NCBI GenBank assembly: GCA_017555965.1
Contig: JAFZFH010000134.1
Coordinates: forward strand, 35,673 to 99,672
Length of the DNA: 64,000 nt
From: Bacteroidales bacterium
Lineage (GTDB): Bacteria > Bacteroidota > Bacteroidia > Bacteroidales > UBA932
Direction: 5' to 3'
A program made the translations under genes and the position numbers. The notes under the pieces were generated by a model. That model worked only from the letters and a program-made list of their open reading frames with translations. It made no database searches and was not told the DNA's origin. Shown one piece after another: positions 50,240 through 59,577 of the stretch. Numbering within the stretch: position 1 is the first letter of the stretch; the number at the start of each line of letters is the position of its first letter.

Positions 50240-52453
50240 ATGGCAGACAACAAGTTTGAAAATCTCAGCAGGTTCGCTGTCAATCTTAATGAAAGAGCAG
50301 CGCAGGGAAAGCTTGATCCCGTGATAGGAAGGGACGAGGAAATAAGAAGAGTATTGCAGATCCTCAGCAGGAGGACAAAGAATAATCCGATATTGATTGG
50401 AGAACCGGGAGTCGGAAAGACTGCTATATCAGAAGGTATAGCTCAGAAGATCGTGGATGGTGATGTGCCTGAAAACCTCAAGAGCCGAATGATTTATTCG
50501 CTCGACCTGGGAGCTCTCATTGCGGGAGCAAAATATCAGGGTGAGTTTGAAGAGCGTCTGAAAGGTGTCGTAAAGGAGGTCGTGGAGAGTGATGGGGAGG
50601 TGATTCTTTTCATCGATGAGATACATACTCTGGTGGGTGCAGGTCGTACTTCCGGCGCCATGGATGCGTCGAATATCCTCAAACCGGCCTTGGCGAGAGG
50701 CGAACTGCGTACCATCGGTTCTACCACTCTTGATGAGTATCAGAAATACTTCGAGACAGACAAGGCGCTCGAAAGAAGATTCCAGATGGTGACTGTCGAG
50801 GAACCGTCTCCGGCAGCGTCCATATCAATCATGCGTGGACTGAAGGAACGCTATGAGAATCACCATAAGGTCCGCATAGAGGATGATGCTCTTATTGCGG
50901 CAGTGGAGCTCTCTCACCGTTATATCACAAACCGTTTCCTTCCCGATAAAGCCATCGACCTGGTGGATGAGGCTGCATCCAAGCTCCGTCTGGAGATGAA
51001 CTCTGTACCGGAACCGGTCGCTGAGCTCGACAGCCGTATCCGTCAGCTGGAGATTGAGAGAGAGGCTATCAGGCGTGAAGGAGTTTCTCTGAAGATGGAT
51101 AAGATCGAGCAGGAGCTCAAGTCGCTTAATGCGGAAAGAGATGTACTCCGCAAGCGTTGGGATGAAGAAAAGGGTATTCTTTCTGAGCTCCAGAAGCAGA
51201 GACAGAAGATTGAGGATTATAAGATTGAGGCTCATAATGCTGAAAGAGCCGGAGATTATGGAAAGGTCGCGGAGATCCGATATGGAAGGATGGCTGAGTC
51301 TCAGAAGAAGATAGAAGAACTTACTGAGCGTCAGTCTCAGATCAAGGATCCTATAATCACTGAAGCAGTGACCCCTGAGGATATTGCTGAGGTCGTGGCA
51401 AAATGGACAGGCATCCCAGTGAACAGGATGCTTGAAAGCGAGAGAGAGAAGCTGCTCCGTATGGAAGCGGAACTTCATAAGCGCGTAGTAGGTCAGAATG
51501 ATGCAATCGAGGCAGTGGCAGATGCCGTACGTCGCTCGCGTGCAGGCCTTCAGAATGAAAAGAGGCCTATCGGTTCATTCCTTTTCATGGGTACTACCGG
51601 TGTGGGAAAGACAGAGCTCGCGAAGGCTCTTGCAGAGTTTCTGTTCAATGACGAGAACATGATGACACGCATAGATATGAGCGAATATCAGGAACGTCAT
51701 TCTGTGAGCCGTCTTGTCGGTGCGCCTCCGGGATATGTGGGTTATGACGAAGGTGGCCAGCTTACTGAGGCGGTACGTCGCAAGCCGTATTCGGTTGTGC
51801 TTCTTGATGAGATAGAAAAGACACATCCGGATGTGTTCAATACCCTTCTTCAGGTGCTTGATGACGGTCGTCTGACCGACAATAAGGGTCGTACAGTCGA
51901 CTTCAGGAACACTATCCTCATCATGACATCCAATGTCGGTGCTGACATCATTCAGTCTTATATGGAACGATTGCCTTTAGAGACTGTCCAGACGGAAGAG
52001 AACCGCATCTTGGATAGTCCGTCAGGTGTCATTCCGAGTGAGACCAAAGGTCGGGACGAGGAATCTCCAAGGGCAAAGATGCTGGCAGAGTGCAGGGACG
52101 AGGTTCTGGAGGTGCTGAAGAGGACTGTAAGGCCTGAGTTCCTGAATCGAATAGACGAAGTCATAATGTTCGAACCGTTGTCGCAGACCGATATCCGAGA
52201 AATCCTACGCATGCAGATGCGTGACCTTCAGGACAAGCTTTCTGAAAACGGTGTCATGGTCGAATTTACCGAAGGGTTTGAGTACTATATGAGTACGAAG
52301 GGATATGAGCCTCAGTACGGCGCCCGCCCGATCAAGCGACTTATGCAGAAGGAGCTCATCAACCTCCTTGCAAAGTCCATCCTCGACGGCCATGTCCGCC
52401 GCGACTCGGTAATCAATGTTGACGTTCAGGACGGTCAGATCGTTGTTCGATAG
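50240..52453 (+). CDS. clpB: Disaggregase ClpB lacking the N-terminal Clp-repeat domain
   Basis: LDPVIGRDEEIRR, GEPGVGKT, coiled-coil M-domain (YGKVAEIRYG), GTTGVGKT, GAPPGYVGY, RPEFLNR, GARP. Confidence 0.93.
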   Translation: MADNKFENLSRFAVNLNERAAQGKLDPVIGRDEEIRRVLQILSRRTKNNPILIGEPGVGKTAISEGIAQKIVDGDVPENLKSRMIYSLDLGALIAGAKYQGEFEERLKGVVKEVVESDGEVILFIDEIHTLVGAGRTSGAMDASNILKPALARGELRTIGSTTLDEYQKYFETDKALERRFQMVTVEEPSPAASISIMRGLKERYENHHKVRIEDDALIAAVELSHRYITNRFLPDKAIDLVDEAASKLRLEMNSVPEPVAELDSRIRQLEIEREAIRREGVSLKMDKIEQELKSLNAERDVLRKRWDEEKGILSELQKQRQKIEDYKIEAHNAERAGDYGKVAEIRYGRMAESQKKIEELTERQSQIKDPIITEAVTPEDIAEVVAKWTGIPVNRMLESEREKLLRMEAELHKRVVGQNDAIEAVADAVRRSRAGLQNEKRPIGSFLFMGTTGVGKTELAKALAEFLFNDENMMTRIDMSEYQERHSVSRLVGAPPGYVGYDEGGQLTEAVRRKPYSVVLLDEIEKTHPDVFNTLLQVLDDGRLTDNKGRTVDFRNTILIMTSNVGADIIQSYMERLPLETVQTEENRILDSPSGVIPSETKGRDEESPRAKMLAECRDEVLEVLKRTVRPEFLNRIDEVIMFEPLSQTDIREILRMQMRDLQDKLSENGVMVEFTEGFEYYMSTKGYEPQYGARPIKRLMQKELINLLAKSILDGHVRRDSVINVDVQDGQIVVR
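52027..52066 (+). repeat. In-frame REP-like palindromic element inside clpB
   Basis: TGTCATTCCGAG-tga-GACCaaaGGTC-ggga-CGAGGAATCT. Confidence 0.6.
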
Positions 52454-52491
52454 GTCAGTACCGTAATACGTTGATTAATGTTGCTATATAA

Positions 52492-52521
52492 ACAGTGCGT
52501 GCCCCTTTGAGCACGCACTGT
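52492..52521. terminator. Hairpin between convergent clpB and S46 peptidase genes
   Basis: acagtgcgtgc / gcacgcactgt; weak U-tracts. Confidence 0.65.
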
Positions 52522-52558
52522 CTGTAAGTTGTTGAGGGATGATTTGTTGGAAATTGCG

Positions 52559-54697
52559 CTACAATCCCAGTTCTTCGATGATGCGGGTCATGCCGGCGTA
52601 GCGGTCGAGTGTCCAGAGGATGAAGCGGATGTCGACGCAAACGCATTTGTTGTATCCTTCTGTCCATAACGCATCGCTGGCGAGGGACTCCTTGTTGCCG
52701 TCGAACGCAAGTCCTATCAGTTCTCCTTTCGAATTGAGAACAGGGCTTCCCGAGTTTCCTCCTGTAATGTCGTTGTCGGTAAGGAAATTCACATACATAT
52801 CCTTTCCGTCAGGACCGCCGCCCCATTTGCCCCAGTCGCCTCTTCTGTACAGCAGATACTGGCGGTCATTGAGGGTGAAGTCGTAATCGGTCGGATTGTA
52901 TTTCTCGAGAATTCCCGCTGGAGTCGTCTTCCAGTCGCATACCACTCCGTCGCGAGGCTCGTATCCGCCTACAGTACCGTAGGTGATGCGCATTGTGGAA
53001 TTTGCATCAGGATACTGCACGATGCCCTTTTCAAGGCGCATCTGATATAGGGCGTGAGTGTACTCCCTCTTAAGGGCAAGAATGTCCGGCGTACCTTCCG
53101 CTTCTGCCTGTGCGAATGAGAAATCTGTAGACTTGACATCCATCACAAACCTGCATAGAGAGTCCGCAACAATATCTTCGTTAGAGACCTCTTTGCGTCC
53201 AAGGCACGAGATGCCTTCTTCCGATGTGAAGAGGCTGCTGTTCCAGAGGGTTTCTGCGAGTGCCTTTGTGTCGCATACGCCGTCCTTGGTGAATGATGCG
53301 ATCAGTTCCTTCTGCCAGTCACTCATGTATGAAGGATCAAGCTTGTTCACGAAAACGTCAATCGCGTACTCGAGAAGGTCCTTTTCCACGCGAAGATCAA
53401 TCTCCGCATATTTCTCCAGCATTTTCTCTCCGGTGCCTGCAATATTGCGAGGATTATGAGCTCTTCGCATGATGAGGGCAAGCTGAGATCCACGTATCAT
53501 GGTCTCGCGGAAATAGTAGTTGTTCTCTTCTATATCTCTGATTGCCAGGTATTTTGTGCGGAGTCCTTCGAGAATGTCGCCCCATTTTGCGGTGCGTTCC
53601 TCAGATGCTTCGATCCATTCCTGAAGCTCCTTCTCAAGTGCTTCCTTCTGCTCAACGACATCGAATCGTGTATAGCACTCCTGCTCTCCGCTGAAGCACT
53701 CCTGCATGTTGCTGAGGCTGAAGAAATAATCCGAATATTTCAGACGGATGTTCGGGTCCGAATCCATCCACTTTTTTATTATCTCCATCTGACGGCCTCT
53801 GATCGCATTGTTGATCGGATGGTTGAGAGTTTCGTCAAAGTTCACCTCAAAGGAGCTGCTGTATCTGTTGATGGTTCCCGGGTAACCGATGATCATGGTG
53901 TAGTCGCCGTCCTTATATCCGTCCAATGAGATATCAAGCTTGCGTACCGGCTTCATCGGAACATTGTCCTCAGAGTATTCTGCAGGCGATCCGTCGGGTG
54001 CTGTATATACTCTGTACATGGCGAAGTCACATTTGTGCTGCGGCCACTCCCAGTTGTCGATATCTCCTCCGAATGCTGCTGAAGACACAGGCGGAGCCGC
54101 TACAAGGCGCACATCCTTATAGACCTCATACAGAGCAAGGTAGTATTTCGAGCCTCTCCACATGGAAGCCAGGCTTGCTTCAAGTCCTGTTTCCTTGCTG
54201 TATTTTGTCTCCATCAGGTGGCTGAGTCTTCTGCTTCCTGCGGGTTTTCCTTCAGCAACAAGGTCATCATGAAGCTTAAGAACCTCATCAGTCACGTCGA
54301 GCACACGTTTGAGGAAGTATACGCTCTTGCCTTTGATGTTAACCTCTTCTTCTGTGCGCATCGCCCAGAAACCATCTTCAAGGTAGTTGTGTTCAGGGGT
54401 GCTGAGGGCATGTACGTCGCTGTATGCGCAGTGGTGGTTGGTGATCAGGAGTCCCTGTCCGGAAATGATGCTTCCGGTACAACCGAATTCCATCGACACG
54501 ACCGCGTCGGCGACACCGGCTCCAGGAGCATCTGCATTGTATATTTCACCGGCAGAAAGCAGAAGTCCTCTTTCCTGCATCTTCTTTTCAAGGGCTGCGT
54601 CGATCGCATTGATCATCCACATACCTTCGTCCGCCCTTGCCTGTTTACCCGTAAACGCCAGAACACAGACAGCCAATATCAGATATTTCAGTTTCAT
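52559..54697 (-). CDS. S46 family dipeptidyl-peptidase (DPP7/DPP11-like)
   Basis: ADEGMW, TNHHC, FGGDIDNWEWP, YPDANST.R, DITGGNSGSPV. Confidence 0.92.
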   Translation of the reverse strand: MKLKYLILAVCVLAFTGKQARADEGMWMINAIDAALEKKMQERGLLLSAGEIYNADAPGAGVADAVVSMEFGCTGSIISGQGLLITNHHCAYSDVHALSTPEHNYLEDGFWAMRTEEEVNIKGKSVYFLKRVLDVTDEVLKLHDDLVAEGKPAGSRRLSHLMETKYSKETGLEASLASMWRGSKYYLALYEVYKDVRLVAAPPVSSAAFGGDIDNWEWPQHKCDFAMYRVYTAPDGSPAEYSEDNVPMKPVRKLDISLDGYKDGDYTMIIGYPGTINRYSSSFEVNFDETLNHPINNAIRGRQMEIIKKWMDSDPNIRLKYSDYFFSLSNMQECFSGEQECYTRFDVVEQKEALEKELQEWIEASEERTAKWGDILEGLRTKYLAIRDIEENNYYFRETMIRGSQLALIMRRAHNPRNIAGTGEKMLEKYAEIDLRVEKDLLEYAIDVFVNKLDPSYMSDWQKELIASFTKDGVCDTKALAETLWNSSLFTSEEGISCLGRKEVSNEDIVADSLCRFVMDVKSTDFSFAQAEAEGTPDILALKREYTHALYQMRLEKGIVQYPDANSTMRITYGTVGGYEPRDGVVCDWKTTPAGILEKYNPTDYDFTLNDRQYLLYRRGDWGKWGGGPDGKDMYVNFLTDNDITGGNSGSPVLNSKGELIGLAFDGNKESLASDALWTEGYNKCVCVDIRFILWTLDRYAGMTRIIEELGL

Positions 54698-54756
54698 ATC
54701 ATCATATATAGTATCATCGCCGGCAGCAGCCTGTCTTTCCGGACTGCTGCTGGCCT

Positions 54757-56772
54757 TTATTCGTTATATGTATAAACAGTACCGCGAGTCTTGAAGCTGA
54801 ATTTTGCAGCTTCCTCACGGACGTCATCAGCCTTGTAGGTGATTGTCCATGTCTCCATGGTCATAAGTTCCCAAAGCCTGTCTTCAGTCATCGGGTCTGC
54901 ATATCTGATGCGGATGCATGGCTGAAGGTCGTCGTTGAGAGTGAGGTAAACACCGATCACGCCTTCATGCTTTGAAAGATGATTGCTCAGGTATGGCATG
55001 TTGCGGAGGATGATCGGCTTCTCGTAGTTCTTGTCGACGATTTCGTAAAGATACTGCTGCTTGTTTCCTGCTGCTTCAATCCTGCTCTTCCACTGTACGC
55101 TGAATCCTGAGAACAGGTTCTTTACATATTCTGCAGTATTCACCATTGTGAATCCGTCTTCCATCTTGACGAATTCATAATCTACTTCGATTTCGTTTAC
55201 TCCTCCTCCATGAACGGGCATCTCGAGAACATCCATTTCAACAATTTCCTTGAACCATTCTGCAGACAGGTCTTCAGACGGATCCATGAATACGCGTACG
55301 ATCAGAGGACAAGAGAACTCGGATTCAACACCGTAGATCTTCTTTCCCGACAGTCTCATCTGCATTCCCAGGTAGTTGATGTCCAGCTTGTCATACATCT
55401 TCTCAGTGCGGATTGTAACGACCTTGAGTGAGTCGACTGCATTGTGGTCCGGAGTGGTCACTCTGAACTTGACAGGGGTATAGATGGCTTCCTGAATCTT
55501 TTCTTCTGTTGTTTTGGCCGGGTCGTAGAGGATCTCTACCGAATGTCTGTTGACGAATGTCTTCACGCCGTGTACTCCGGCTACCTTCTCGACCTGTGCC
55601 TTGAAAGTCATAGAACTTCCGTAGCATTTTACTGAGCGGAGGCCTTCAATGCTGAATGTCTTCAATGTTGCAGGGTCTACCAACTGAGTGACTGTACCGT
55701 CTTCTGCGACAGACTCTATACCCCATTTCATATCGATGGTAGGGAGCTCGAATTTTCCGCCGGCCCACATTCCCAGACAGATAAGAATGACTGTCAGCGC
55801 AGCAGGAACGTATTTCCAGCACTTTCCCTGCTTGTTCTTACATACGCCCACCTTGAGCGCCTCTGATGAACATGCAGCCACACATTCGCCGCAAAGAGTA
55901 CAGTCCACAGATTCCACCTTGCCATTTGTGCATGACTTTATATCGATGCCGTATGGACATTTCTTCGAGCAGAGTCCGCAGCCGTTACATGCAGAGTTGT
56001 CCTTCATTACATAAAGGATCTGCATCTTAGGCTTCGAATGGAATATTTCAAGCAGGTATCCTGTGATGCAGAATCCTCCGAGAAGTACTGCCCAAGGAAT
56101 GTCTGCGCCAAGTACGTCCGCAACATAATATGCTCCGAAGAGTACACCGATCCATGCCCAGAACTTCAGTGAGTTTGAAACAGCTCCAAGCGGACAGAGA
56201 TAGCGGCACCAGAACATGTCGATAAGGAAGCTTCCGAGAACAACGAGGCTGACAGTCGCGATGGACATCCAGAGTGTGATCTCTCCTTTGAATCCTGTTG
56301 CGACTGCATAATACGGATCGAGGTTCTTGCAGAACAGCTCGCTTGCTGTGACTGTCATGTAGAAGATCCAGAATACGAGCGCGTACTTGACAATGCGGAG
56401 CACCTTGTCGGATGCAGAACCGTTGCGGATCTTCAGCCCTTTAAGACCTAGTGTCTTACGAGCTTTTCCCAAAAGGTCCTGAACTGTTCCTGTCGGGCAT
56501 ACATATGCACAGAAGAGCTTGCTGAAAAGCACGACTGCCGCAACGAGAGCGATGCCCATCATCACCTGCAGCGAGGACATGCTGCATGGAAGAGATCCCT
56601 GTGCAAGATATGTAGCAAGTGCCTGAAGGCCGCCGAGGGGACAATATGCCTCCGGATCAGCTGCCTCCTTTGACGGTATCAGTCCTGTGAGGAACAGGAC
56701 AAGTGCGGCCAGCACGCCCCACTGGAGGAGGTACTTCGGCCAGTTCTTCTTGAATGTAGATGTCTTTGCCAT
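54757..56772 (-). CDS. Membrane polyferredoxin (NapH/MauN-like 4Fe-4S binding) fused to HMA-like domains
   Basis: YCPLGG, FCAYVCP, WCRYLCP, CNGCGLCSKKCP, CTLCGECVAAC; C-terminal ferredoxin-like repeats. Confidence 0.75.
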   Translation of the reverse strand: MAKTSTFKKNWPKYLLQWGVLAALVLFLTGLIPSKEAADPEAYCPLGGLQALATYLAQGSLPCSMSSLQVMMGIALVAAVVLFSKLFCAYVCPTGTVQDLLGKARKTLGLKGLKIRNGSASDKVLRIVKYALVFWIFYMTVTASELFCKNLDPYYAVATGFKGEITLWMSIATVSLVVLGSFLIDMFWCRYLCPLGAVSNSLKFWAWIGVLFGAYYVADVLGADIPWAVLLGGFCITGYLLEIFHSKPKMQILYVMKDNSACNGCGLCSKKCPYGIDIKSCTNGKVESVDCTLCGECVAACSSEALKVGVCKNKQGKCWKYVPAALTVILICLGMWAGGKFELPTIDMKWGIESVAEDGTVTQLVDPATLKTFSIEGLRSVKCYGSSMTFKAQVEKVAGVHGVKTFVNRHSVEILYDPAKTTEEKIQEAIYTPVKFRVTTPDHNAVDSLKVVTIRTEKMYDKLDINYLGMQMRLSGKKIYGVESEFSCPLIVRVFMDPSEDLSAEWFKEIVEMDVLEMPVHGGGVNEIEVDYEFVKMEDGFTMVNTAEYVKNLFSGFSVQWKSRIEAAGNKQQYLYEIVDKNYEKPIILRNMPYLSNHLSKHEGVIGVYLTLNDDLQPCIRIRYADPMTEDRLWELMTMETWTITYKADDVREEAAKFSFKTRGTVYTYNE

Positions 56773-56815
56773 ATGCATATATATAAAATCCCCGGACAAG
56801 CCGGGGACAGATTGT

Positions 56816-58579
56816 TTATCGGACTTCTATAGTTGCGCCATGCTTTTCGGCAACAACTGCCTTCCATACATCTGTATAACCCGGCTGAGTGATCTTGTCA
56901 GGAATACGGTCTGTATGTCCGTTGGTTACAAACGAACCGTCTTCGTTCTGGGCCTTCACGTTGCCGTCGATGTACTTGATGAGGAGAAGCTGCTCCAATG
57001 CCACCCATTTGTCGAAGATCTTCTGTGCATTATCCACAGAGAACTTTGTAAGGTATGCGCGGACATCAGCGAAGTTGTCAACTGTCTTGCGCTGTTTGTC
57101 GTTGCGGCGGATCTGCTTGGCTGGCTTGTTCTCGGCTTCCTTATACATTGTAAGTGCTTCTGCATCTGCAACTGTAACTGCCTCCATCATCGAGTTTTCC
57201 CATGCGTCGATTTCTGCGTCTACAGTAGGGAACATGATGTTGTATGCCTTGTAGCATGCGTTTGCGACGCGGTTTGTCATCCAGAATGCTGAAGTTGCTG
57301 AATATTCAATCATGCTTCCGTTACCCTCGCGGAAGCTTTCAGGAACCTCATTTGTAGATGTGTAGATAGGGGTGAGGTAAGATGTTGCAGCATCATCGCA
57401 GCCGAACCAGTTGAGGCCGCCGATTTCGTCAGGAAGCCATCCACGTGACTGTCCTACGAACCAGAATCCTGTCTGCTGGGTAGCGATCGCTCTTTCGTTA
57501 GTGTACTCCTTGCCGTCATGCTTGAAGCCCATAGGTCTCCAACGGTAAGGGAGGGCGTTTCCGCCTGCTCCGATGTCTGCAGTCATGTCCATAGGTGTTC
57601 CCTCGTAGTGGTCGCGCATTACGTCAGCAACATCCTTGACGCTGATCTTGCGTGAAGGCTTTACGAATAATGGGAATCTCTTGCTCTGGTCCCATCCCAT
57701 TGCATAGTCGATATAGTCGTATGCGTCTTTTGTAACTACGTTTCCGTTCTCGTCCTCAAATGTGAACTTGCCGTCGCAGAGGATGTTGAATGCAGCCCAT
57801 GCACGAGCCTCGCAGCCCCTCATTCCGCTGAAATCAAGCGGTGCATATGCGTCGCAGAAGCTGAAATCCTTGTCCTCTCCATTGAAGTATCCCTTCTCTC
57901 TTGCGAAAGTGATCACATCCGGAGCATACATGCAGTTTTCAGGGTCGTTGAGAGGGAATGTGCTGATGCGGGCCTGATTTGCGTGTGCGCAGATGTATCC
58001 GTCAGGAACGCGGCGTGCCACCCATACGATACCCTTGTTGTCCGGACCCTTTCCGATAAGATCCATGACCCATACCTCTTCAGTGTCTGCAAGAGAGAAA
58101 GACTCTCCGCTTGAGTAGTATCCGTATGTGTTTGCGAGGTCAACGATGATGTTGATTGCTTCGCGTGCGGTCTTCGCTCTTTCGAGAGCGACATAGATGA
58201 GTGAACCATAATCCATGATTCCCTTAGGATCTTCGAGTTCCGGACGACCTCCATATGTGGTCTCGGCGATGATGAGCTGGTGCTCGTTCATGTTGCCGAC
58301 CCTCTGATAGGTTCTCGGAACCTGCGGGATGTGTCCGAGGAATTTTCCTGTATCCCATTCGTTTATCTGGCGCATTTCTCCAGTATTCCATACTTTGGAA
58401 GGAGCGTAGTAGAGCTCTCCGAAGAGCTGGTGTGAGTCTGCTGCGTATGAAACCATATTCGAGCCGTCTGTGCTGGCACCTTTGGTTACCAGGACATTCG
58501 TGCAGGCGTGACTTTCAATGTTTGAAAAGCCTATGATTGTCATGACAGACAAGAGGAGTGCTGTAGAAAGTCTTCTCAT
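56816..58579 (-). CDS. C69 family dipeptidase (secreted)
   Basis: A-CTNVLVTKGAS.DGS, GNMNEHQL.I.ETT, YGY.SSGE, RDHYEGT, PYRWRP, NERAIATQQT. Confidence 0.9.
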   Translation of the reverse strand: MRRLSTALLLSVMTIIGFSNIESHACTNVLVTKGASTDGSNMVSYAADSHQLFGELYYAPSKVWNTGEMRQINEWDTGKFLGHIPQVPRTYQRVGNMNEHQLIIAETTYGGRPELEDPKGIMDYGSLIYVALERAKTAREAINIIVDLANTYGYYSSGESFSLADTEEVWVMDLIGKGPDNKGIVWVARRVPDGYICAHANQARISTFPLNDPENCMYAPDVITFAREKGYFNGEDKDFSFCDAYAPLDFSGMRGCEARAWAAFNILCDGKFTFEDENGNVVTKDAYDYIDYAMGWDQSKRFPLFVKPSRKISVKDVADVMRDHYEGTPMDMTADIGAGGNALPYRWRPMGFKHDGKEYTNERAIATQQTGFWFVGQSRGWLPDEIGGLNWFGCDDAATSYLTPIYTSTNEVPESFREGNGSMIEYSATSAFWMTNRVANACYKAYNIMFPTVDAEIDAWENSMMEAVTVADAEALTMYKEAENKPAKQIRRNDKQRKTVDNFADVRAYLTKFSVDNAQKIFDKWVALEQLLLIKYIDGNVKAQNEDGSFVTNGHTDRIPDKITQPGYTDVWKAVVAEKHGATIEVR

Positions 58580-58657
58580 TTTGTACTTTTATTATTATTA
58601 ATTACTTTTGTGACGATTTTGCTATCATATGCAAAACTATAAAAATTTTTGGTAGTT

Positions 58658-59068
58658 ATGAAATTGAATTTGATAGTTCTGACGGCTTTTGCTTTGTTCG
58701 TCCATGCCCTTTCCTGTGTTTCGGCTTCTGCACAGCAGCCGAATGCTCCGAGTGTAGAACAAAGGGCGGAAGAGGAGGCAAACAGACTTCAGAGAGTCCT
58801 TGATCTGGATGACTGGCAGGCGTTTTATGTGGATTCCACACTGAAGCACGATCTTGCTGCCATTATGACGGAATATGAAAAGCTGCAGTCTTCAAGAGTG
58901 AATAACATGTCCTTGTATCAGTCCGTTCAGGACAAGTGGATGGAGCAGATTGATGCTACTTACAAGAAGATATTCACAGAGGAGCAGTGGGCGGCTTATC
59001 TGAAGACTGGTGCTGCAAAGACAATCAAGGCTCGTGAAAAGAGAAAGGCTAAATCACAGGGAAAATAA
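58658..59068 (+). CDS. Exported helical hypothetical protein (DUF4890/LTXXQ-like)
   Basis: Signal peptide, L.LDDWQ and IFTEEQW repeats. Confidence 0.6.
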   Translation: MKLNLIVLTAFALFVHALSCVSASAQQPNAPSVEQRAEEEANRLQRVLDLDDWQAFYVDSTLKHDLAAIMTEYEKLQSSRVNNMSLYQSVQDKWMEQIDATYKKIFTEEQWAAYLKTGAAKTIKAREKRKAKSQGK

Positions 59069-59075
59069 GGAAGCT

Positions 59076-59555
59076 ATGGATTTTTTAGAAGTTATAGAGA
59101 AAAGACGCAGTATCAGAAAGTATTCTGACAGACCGGTAGAGAAGGAAATTCTCGATGCAATCGTCAAGGTTGCTCAGACTGCGCCGTCGTCAAGAAACTG
59201 CAAGAGTTCCGCATTCATGATCATTGAGGACAGAGATACCATTGACGCTCTTTCTCAGATGCGTGATTCGGGTTCAGCTCTGTTGAGCGGTGCACAGGCG
59301 GCAATTGTAGTGATGGGTGACGAAAGCAAGACCGACCTTTGGGTGGACAACTGCGCCATATCTGCGACATTCGTCCAGCTGGCGGTGACGGCAATGGATC
59401 TTGCAAGCTGTTGGGTACATTGTAACGGACGTCCTCGTCTTAAGGCTGATCCGGAAGGCGCCGGTGCGGATGAGTACGTAGCCGAACTTCTCGGAATCAA
59501 GGAGGGTCTCCATCCGTATTGTGTGATTGCCATTGGCTATCCTGTAGAGGAATAA
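59076..59555 (+). CDS. Nitroreductase family protein
   Basis: KRRSIRKY, APSSRN, DLASCWV, IAIGYP. Confidence 0.9.
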   Translation: MDFLEVIEKRRSIRKYSDRPVEKEILDAIVKVAQTAPSSRNCKSSAFMIIEDRDTIDALSQMRDSGSALLSGAQAAIVVMGDESKTDLWVDNCAISATFVQLAVTAMDLASCWVHCNGRPRLKADPEGAGADEYVAELLGIKEGLHPYCVIAIGYPVEE

Positions 59556-59577
59556 TAATAGAAACAACATAAGAGAT

